64,000 bases of DNA, taken from Selaginella moellendorffii (lineage: Eukaryota > Plantae > Lycopodiophyta). Below, piece by piece: positions 61,529 to 64,000 of the stretch. Positions within the stretch are counted from its first letter, which is position 1, and each line of letters starts with the position of its first letter. Location of the stretch: the NCBI RefSeq assembly GCF_000143415.4, contig NW_003314271.1:2278499-2342498 (forward strand). Reading direction: 5' to 3'. The notes under the pieces were generated by a model, which saw only the letters and a program-made list of their open reading frames with translations, was not told the origin of the DNA and did no database searches. The translations under genes and the position numbers were made by a program.

Positions 61529-62955
61529 AAGGGGGGGAGAGTGTCGCGAATGTGATTTCAGGTATCGAAAGTTACTTGTCAGCCAGTCTTTACGGACACT
61601 CTTACCTTACTGCCACGATGGCAGGAGGTCGGTATTGCTGGACCCGTTATTAGTCTCCGCCTAAGCTAGTTGAGAAACTGGTCATCACATGTGCACTTAG
61701 ACCGGAAGGGCACTAAGGAAGGAAATCCTAAGTTGTCATTTAGTCAAGCAGACTTGACACGGTGATGAGAAACTCATGATGTTGGCTTGCACTTGCTAGT
61801 GTTAGGAACCCCCACGATATTGAGCTTGGTCCCTCAATATTGCTAGATGATAGTTTACCGTGTCTGCCAAACACCCTCGCTATCATGCCCTTTGTGTTGG
61901 TCTCATTTCAGTCCCAAATGCTATTTATGGAAAGTGTCCAGATTTGCTCATTTGGCATATCTACGGAATGTAGAGATCGGCCTGAACACAATGGTGTTCG
62001 TCCCATATCCAAATTCACAATCTAAGGACATTCCATAATTAGTAAATTTCGAGTTTGTCCCAGAGACTAACTCCTAATACTAAGGGAGGCTTGGGGTGAA
62101 AGCCCAAAGCGTGTGTTCCTCAAGGGGGGGGGGGGGGGCTGTGGGGGGTTCCAAATGTATAGTAGGGATAGTGGGTAGGTCGGGCATGGTCGACCAACCT
62201 GAGGCATAGTCTAGCTCCCGCTTGCGTGCCTGTCCTTGTTCTGCGTCCAGCTTGGGTCTAAGCCCAAGTTCCATTCCATGCTAGCTGGTGGAGTACCCAT
62301 ATCCTCACGTTAGGCCACCGGTATGCCGAAATAGCGCTAGACTCTGTTTGGCTCCGTTTTGCGTGCTGGTCCTAGCATTGGGATGCTGGTTGCTCCAGGA
62401 CTGTTCCAAGTCGCTCCGGGCTCTTGTCCCTTCTCTCCTTGGGCTATATGCTCGGGAGTTGCTCCGTGGTCTGGTTCCATCACTCCTTGGCTCCACGCTT
62501 GGGAGTTTGGCACCGTTCCTTCGTTCAGTGGCCCAAGGCCCTGAACCTCGGGTTCCTATGGACATGTGGCATGGACATGTGGTATGTGACACATGGCATC
62601 TGTCACGTGGCACATAGAGGGTTTAGGTTCCGCTTCGTGGTGTTATCCTATGGTAAATCACCATAGGATAAAGGGTCAAAACCACATGCGCTATAGATAA
62701 CCATTCATGGATGGATGGTTCAGTCTTTGAGAGATAGGACTATGATGTAGGTAGTATTGGACCACTAGTGTGGCAAAAATGAATGGGTATAGCCTTAGCA
62801 TAACGAGCTGATATGTTGGTGGTACCTTTGGGTGTCGGTCATGGGATCAGACACATGGAGCACTTGGACCAAGTGTAAAGGTTGAGTGGCATGGATGCTA
62901 TTCTCGAGGCTAGCAAGCCCCAAGTCTGGAATAGGACTTATGGAGGTTGTGATGA
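61529..62955 (+). mobile_element. Polypurine tract followed by a 3' LTR of an LTR retrotransposon (right boundary uncertain)
   Basis: AAGGGGGGGAGAG immediately followed by TGTCGCG at 61542; the downstream sequence is repeated in reverse at 8870-9957 and 12470-13065. Confidence 0.75.
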
Positions 62956-63774
62956 GACTCCTCCAAGTGGTCGAAGGTATGGTTAAGTGACTAAAGTAGA
63001 ATGGAAAATTTAGTCACTTATAATTTGGTATTGAAACTATTCCTTAGTCTGATTTTTATTGGTGGCCAAGTATGTCACCACTTGTATTGGAATTGGAAGG
63101 TCCTAGGTATGAACCTATCCTTGAGGAGTAGCATGTCGAGAGGACATTGCTCTCCACTCTAGTTCATGCATGAACTTGTGCACAATATGGTGGATAGAAA
63201 GAGGCTAATAAAGGAATGACTTTGGGATTTTGGAAATAATATAAAGTTTTCCTCAGAGAGTTGAGGATGATGATCTAGATGAGCATTTGACTTAGCAAAC
63301 TGGCTAATGTGGTTGTGGTAAACAACTATAGTTGAGATCACGGAAAAGATAAAGACTCCAAAACAATAAAGGAGTCATAAGATTATCCTCATATAGTTGA
63401 GGTTGGTGCTTATGAATTTGAGACCAGAATTAATGACTATGGGAGGTTAAATACAGATGAGGATACAAGTCCTTGAAATAGTAGCTGGGGATATGTTTTA
63501 TAAATGTTGGAATAAACCCAAGGAGTTGGGGGTGTACTTAAAGGATGAGTTAGTATTCTCATCATATGGACAGATAGTTCTAAAGGGCAAAAGTAGCCTA
63601 TAGAGAATAGAAAATAATCAAGTGTTGGAATAATACTTATAAAGGTAGTCTTTGTGAGTAGGACTTGAATACAATAAAATGTATTCTTGTGAATTGGCAC
63701 CTCAAAATTGTAAGGAACCAACTCCTTGAAGTGTCATAGGCTAAAGGATCCCCGAAAGCACAATGGATCAAGAC

Positions 63775-64000
63775 TGGGACTGAGTTTGAGATCGAGTTCA
63801 AGACCGACTCAAAGACCGATTCGAGATAGAGTCCAGGATCGAGACCAAGGCCGACTCCGAGACCGAGTTCGAGACCAAGTTTAAGACAGAGTCCAAGATC
63901 TAAGATCGGGTCTGAGACCGAGTCCGAGGTCGAGTTGAGGTCGAGTCCGAGATCGAGTCTGAGGTCGAGTCCGAGACCGAGTCCGAAGTTGGGTCCGAGA
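63775..64000. repeat. 12-bp minisatellite (gagtccgagatc-like), opposite orientation to the 13.7 kb and 57 kb copies; runs off the window
   Basis: Periodic gagtccgag/gagaccgag units. Confidence 0.85.

Overview
This is eukaryotic land-plant nuclear DNA, most likely the lycophyte Selaginella. That is an inference from the 45-70 nt GT-AG introns, very tight gene packing, a microbial-type terpene synthase (MTPSL) and a flagellar IFT22 gene. Gene-dense islands (1-7.4, 16-37, 41-45 and 50-52.5 kb) alternate with decayed Ty3/gypsy debris (8-15, 38-41 and 53-64 kb). Recognisable genes: 3' end of KNL1, IFT22/RABL5, a calcineurin-B-like EF-hand protein, a P1B-2 Zn/Cd ATPase with an unusual His-rich N-terminal extension, MTPSL, tRNA-Gly(GCC), UXS, an FPF1-like protein, two RsmH/MraW paralogues (one canonical, one with degenerate motifs), PLAT, a phytocyanin, an RH3-like DEAD-box helicase, tRNA-Arg(ACG), HCF173-like pseudogene fragments and a macro-domain protein. 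The most striking unexplained signal is a set of three Gly/Ser/Tyr-rich low-complexity sequences at 27.6-44.8 kb. Two are stand-alone proteins with organelle-type N-termini that share a GKTWxNP motif and a C-terminal ID(D/E)MR(K/R)xYF module. The third is the 438-aa tail of the RH3-like helicase, which shares the non-repetitive peptide NPTTPNA(G/S)TD(Y/F)GWRKG with one of them. All three sit among organellar RNA-metabolism genes. Gene names come from remembered family motifs and hand splicing, not from database searches.
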